A program made the position numbers and the translations under genes. From Nemertoderma westbladi (Eukaryota; Animalia; Xenacoelomorpha): a stretch of 45,008 nucleotides of DNA. The notes under the pieces were generated by a model that searched no databases, was not told the origin of the DNA, and saw only the letters and a list, made by a program, of their open reading frames with translations. The stretch lies in the NCBI GenBank assembly GCA_032718475.1, contig JAUCBJ010006308.1, positions 1 to 45,008 of the forward strand. Reading direction: 5' to 3'. Below, piece by piece: positions 40,271 through 45,008 of the stretch (position 1 is its first letter; each line of letters starts with the position of its first letter).

Positions 40271-41724
40271 TAGTTTTCGTTTCGGCACGAATACATTAAA
40301 AATCCATAAATGGTAGTTAAATGAGAACTGGAGTTTCCTCTGGGGAATATACTGTAGGTCTGGGGGGTCTGGTCTGGTCTGAGGGGGCAATGGAAGTAAT
40401 TATTGAGACTTTGTGCGTAATCCCTGGCCTAACGGCCGAATAAAACTTAATTTTTGTATCACAATCCATCCATTTCTCACTCGTTTCATGAATTCCTGGC
40501 GAACTTCGCGGGTATCATAGGCCCTACTATACAATGCTTTGTCAGTAATTTCTATCACTCGTGATATATGCCGTTTGGCCCTTTCGCCACCAGAAAGGTG
40601 AGTTAATTAGCCGTAACAGACAGGACTAACTGGCGCAATGCAGAATGTCGTAGGCCTACAGTAGGATAATATATGAATGAATACTTAGAATGTACTGTCG
40701 ATGGGCACTTGTCAGACTAAGGAGTTAAATACTTTCAGTTTACATATTGAATAAATAATGTATACAACGCAGACTGATTCATACCAAACCTACCGCGTGG
40801 TGAGTCCGTAACGAAAAATGTGTGAGTCCGTAACGCTGTTCTTAAACCTTTCAGCTGCTATACCTAATAGATAGAGATAGACCTAATGGGTGGATTTGAT
40901 TGGTTGTTTAACCCAAAGGAAAATAATTGTCAGTGCAATATGAATGCGGGGTGTACTCCAAATTAAAACTTTTATTAAAATTAAAAGTACTTTTCGTTAC
41001 GGACTCACATAATTCTGTAGGCCTAATCTACAATTTTTGAAACTTTGACTACTCAATGCTACGATGTCAATATTCAAATTTTTATCATCAATAGCTTCTA
41101 CAGTAATAAATATTGAATTTTCGGTTGGTGTATTTACCTGTCTTAATCAGACAATTTCAATGGTAGTAAGATTATGTTAAAAATGACATGGATTAATTTT
41201 GACAAATTTGAAAATACGTAAAAATATTTCCCCATATTGAATAATGAAAAACCAGTTGTTACCCTCAAAAATATTAAAAATCCGTCACTTTTATTAAAAT
41301 TGTAATTCTTTCTCTCTCGTCATTTTGATACCAAAATTATGCTGATTAGATGTCTTTTTATTTTTGACGTATAAGTGTTACATCAATGGTGGAATTGCCC
41401 ATAGTAACTTACTAAACGTACCCAATTAAGGGTTTATCGTTAAACGCACCACAGAATCCACTAGTACTGTAATTTAAATGAAAAATAGAAGAAAAAAATT
41501 TAAAGATAGCTGCATATGTATATACAGTAGAAAAAAAACAAAAATAACTGCAGCAGACTCATACAACTACAACTTTTACAGAGACAAAACAGAAACAAAT
41601 TTTTTCAAATTGTGCGCCATAACTACAAAAGGTTGCAGACCATGTACACAGTACTGTACAGTGTAGTATAAAGTACGTGTTTCTGAGAGTTTGTAAAAAA
41701 TGCTTTCATTTAATTATTTAACAG

Positions 41725-43234
41725 CATGACCTACTATCAGACTATAGAATAGATACTGTACGACCCGCCAAGCTGTTGCAAAGCCCCTAAATTTAGTGGA
41801 CCAGTTATTTCTCTTAGATATAATCCCCTGAAACAATATGTCTAGCGCGTCGAAAGTACTTGTCCGGTTGTCCCTAACTAAAATTATGTCTTCTTTCAGG
41901 AGACAAATAAAAAGTTAATAGCTAGTTTTCGAGATATGAGTTCTTGGCACACATACCATATATCAACACCTTTGGGGATTGATAAAATTACCCAAAATAC
42001 ATCACCGTTCATTAGACCACATACTATGCTTTTTTGGTTTGTGAATCATTATTACCCGGGTTGAGAATCTTATCATATTAGTAAAGTACTACCTAATGGC
42101 ATGGCAAGGTACTGGCATGATAATTTTACTAAATTTTTACAATTACCACATTTTGCATTATTTGTTAAGGAATTAAAAAATACTTGCCAAGTACAGTATA
42201 GATTTTAAGAAATATTTGGGTGGGCACTTATCATGCAATGCACTTACCAAATTCTTAACAAATTTTGTATACCTAGTACATACTTTCGGTGACTTTATAA
42301 CTTGACAAAAATAGTAGTGGTGCTTGACACGCATTGCAATTAAAAATCAGTCACATGATCCACCGCCAATAAATGACTCATTCAGTCATTTTGTGGTCAG
42401 TAGGCCTACTGCTTTACTGCAGAGTTGCGTTTATTGAGTTTTCTTAATTTACGTTCAATTGCTTAATGAGTTTTGCTTACTTTAATAAATAGTGTATAAC
42501 GTTTTGTTACTTTAATTTATACTGGTAGTTTTATTGCTGTTTGTTTATTTCAATTCAATTGTTTATTGTATTTTGTACTCTTTATTTTTGTAATTCTTTA
42601 TAGAGTTTTGTAATCTTTAATTGTTTAGTGCCTTTTGTATACTTGTTTTGTTTATTGTTTATTTGTTTTGTTTGTACTATCTATATCGTTAATGAAATAT
42701 TTATGGTTTGCCTAATTGTCTGATTGTTGCTAATTGACAATTTAATTGAATTAATGCTTAATTGATACAATTAAAATTCAAATTATTTGAATGTTAGTGA
42801 AATTTGATTAATAACAATTGAATTTAATCGTAAGTTAGTCGCAAAGTTAATCGAAAGCAAGATTAGGAGCAAAAATATATTCAATCTTCTTAAGTACGCG
42901 GCACTATAGTAAGGGACACAGCAAACTTCGCACGCGAGAAAGCTTCGCCCTCACAATGAGTGTTAACAAACCTCGTTTATTGTTTTGGTTAGAAAAATTT
43001 ATCTCTGTAACCTATCGTGCCTGTAACCTGCCCCTTTCCCCCAATCGGGCGAAGGTTGGACGCGGGCGAAGGTTGGACACGGGAAAAGATTGCACCCAAC
43101 CTACAGTACTGGTCCGGTATTGCAGTGTATTATGCTGTTAGGGATTCTACCGAAGAGAAGTAACTGGCCCACTAAATGTACAGTATGAGCTTTGCAGTAG
43201 CTTGGCGGGTCGTCTATAGTAGTAGTAGGTCATG
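41725..43234. mobile_element. Non-autonomous TIR element with ~85-bp imperfect TIRs
   Basis: CATGACCTACTA...ACGACCCGCCAAGCT..TGCAAAGC...TTTAGTGG.CCAGTTA.TTCTCTT (41725-41815) is inverted at 43153-43234; TTAA near both ends. Confidence 0.7.
42913..43101. mobile_element. Short GG...CC element, copy of 32988-33180
   Basis: Same ends and modules; flanks TATAGTAA/TACAGTAC (6 of 8 match). Confidence 0.65.
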
Positions 43235-43602
43235 TTAAACAGAAACAGAAAATATAATTAACTAGGCCTAACAGAAATTACAGAAACTAATATTTAATTC
43301 TGGAGTTTATGACCGATTAGGCTATCTCTCCACCCGAATAATATACGTAATATATAATAGGCTTATCGGGGCAGATTCGCCTAGCTAGGCCCAGAGGCCT
43401 AGGACACGATCAGACCGTAACACTGCAAACTGCCAGAAAATATTATATTTTATTTTATTTCCCTAATTCTGAAATACTGAAATAGGCCTACAGGTCTAGG
43501 CCTACTGCTGTATTGATGAGTGTGGTGCAGTGGTGTGACTGTCTGCCTGTAGTCTGATTGTCTGATGTATTGTTTTGGACTGCAATACAGCAATCTGACA
43601 AT

Positions 43603-43690
43603 ATGGAAATATTTCCTGGAGTCACACGATTATTGGCTATTACTGCTGGAAATGGTCGTGAAGTTACCACTGTCTTTAGGGAATGGGCAG
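43603..43690 (+). CDS. DNAJC2: DNAJC2/zuotin-like gene, putative coding exon 1 (MEIFPGVTRLLAITAGNGREVTTVFREWA-G)
   Basis: ATG at 43603, open 88 nt to CAG|GTTGGT; phase 1 joins in frame to the acceptor at 44725 (G+GA = Gly). Confidence 0.6.
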
Positions 43691-44249
43691 GTTGGTTTGT
43701 TTAGTAATGCGGTTTATAATAATTATAGTGCATAGTGTAGGGGTAGGGCAGTATCAGTGTGTATGGCCTAGCTCCCAGTACAGCAGTAGCTACAATAGAT
43801 GGATGCTGCGGTGGCTGGTGTAATGGGCCTACCCTACCCATCCCGTCCAACCACCGTCTACATTCAGACATTTTACATTGTCTGATTGTACATGCTGCCC
43901 ATTGTACATGTACATTGTAATACTCATGATACTGTACATTGTACATGTTCATACTGCCATAGGCCAGCAGGCAAACCGTACTGTAAGTAAATATTATCAC
44001 GCTTGAAGGGAATCGAACTTATAGATCCTACCACCATAATAATAATAATAAATAATACATTGCAACGAATTAGCTATTAATTTGCAATTTATAGTTTGTT
44101 GCTGAGTAGGCCTAACTAATCGCTACTACTCTGAGTGTATGACTTATTTCCATTAGATCATTATAAGTCTGTAAGTATACTTTTATATGCTTAATGTAAC
44201 ACAGTACAATACTATAATATCAATTGAACGCGGCCAACGCACTACAGGA

Positions 44250-44525
44250 TGTGGGATCTAAGTTCGCTTCTCCTCTAGCAGTTTAGCATGTGCTAAGGAA
44301 TTTGTATAAATTGGGATCTAAGTTCACCAAGTTAGGATCTAAGTTCACCTAGTTCAGTAGTTAGGATCTAAGTTCCCCCGGACTGCCGGATAGGATCTAA
44401 GTTCACCTAGTTAGGATCTAAGTTCACCCAGATTTAGGATCTATGTTCGCATATATAGGACCCAAGTTCGCAAAGATATAAGTTCCTCAAACTGTAAAAG
44501 TCGGGCCCTGCAGGATCTAAGTTCG
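44250..44525. repeat. Dispersed GGATCTAAGTTC short-repeat cluster in the intron
   Basis: About 9 copies of GGATCTAAGTTC(A/G)C and variants. Confidence 0.8.
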
Positions 44526-44724
44526 TTTACCGAAATATAATGCATTATAATAAATTTGCATGAAAATAGATTTAGTTTAAAATACATTATTAATCTAATA
44601 ACTGGCTGACTGGTGCCTATCAGTACTAATTCCATTGATTAAATGATTAAAATGAATATGATTGAAATGAAGGAAAATGAAAATGAAATGAAAATGAAGG
44701 AAAATGATTAACTTATGTTTGTAG

Positions 44725-44933
44725 GATCCAGGCCATGGTGTGTCGAAGCAGCTGGTGCCGCTTACCAAGAGTTACTCCGCAGACATTACTCCTTACTTAA
44801 CGGCAATGACGATTCAGACAACCTGGACGATGACGATACTTCCTCATCATCTGATGAAGTAGATGATGACGATGAGTCATATGTGATCTTTAATGATGAC
44901 TATCTTATGAAGCTTGACCCTGTGGATTGGAAG
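44725..44933 (+). CDS. DNAJC2: DNAJC2 (MPP11/zuotin) coding exon 2; gene continues beyond the window
   Basis: VEAAGAAY, an acidic stretch and YLMKLDPVDWK match the zuotin-homology N-terminus (VEPVG...LKTLDPKDWK) that precedes the J domain; TTTGTAG acceptor and AAG|GTAGAT donor. Confidence 0.85.
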
Positions 44934-45008
44934 GTAGATTATATCTTGGGGTTAATTCTGACACTGGCAACGCTTCTCTGTGAGATACATTTTCAACTTA
45001 ATTAGAAT

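Noticed and set aside
44934-45005. Continuation of the DNAJC2 ORF (VDYILGL...)
   Set aside because: It follows an AAG|GT donor and lacks the expected QDHYxVLGL J-domain start; read as intron.

Overview
AT-rich, repeat-dense eukaryotic DNA, most likely an invertebrate animal (spliceosomal GT-AG sites, LINEs, MITEs); the species cannot be named from the sequence. Genes: two convergent DDX5/DDX17 (p68/Dbp2-like) DEAD-box helicase paralogs with intron-free coding regions (20323-21951 +, 30148-31737 -), a frameshifted ACSF2-like acyl-CoA synthetase pseudogene between them, and the first two coding exons of a DNAJC2/zuotin-like gene at the right edge. The rest is a 5'-truncated CR1/L2-type LINE, LINE and Gypsy remnants, nested non-autonomous DNA transposons and tandem arrays. 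The main find is a non-coding module shared by the otherwise unalignable upstream regions of both helicase genes. It is a ~230-nt uAUG-rich putative 5'UTR cassette exon that opens with a conserved hairpin over an AUG. Its 3' part can base-pair with an intronic element 2.0-2.4 kb downstream, with compensatory changes between the paralogs. This looks like an RNA-structure-controlled poison-exon switch, possibly replacing the autoregulatory intron that p68/Dbp2 genes usually carry in the CDS and that is absent here. All alignments and pairings were done by eye.
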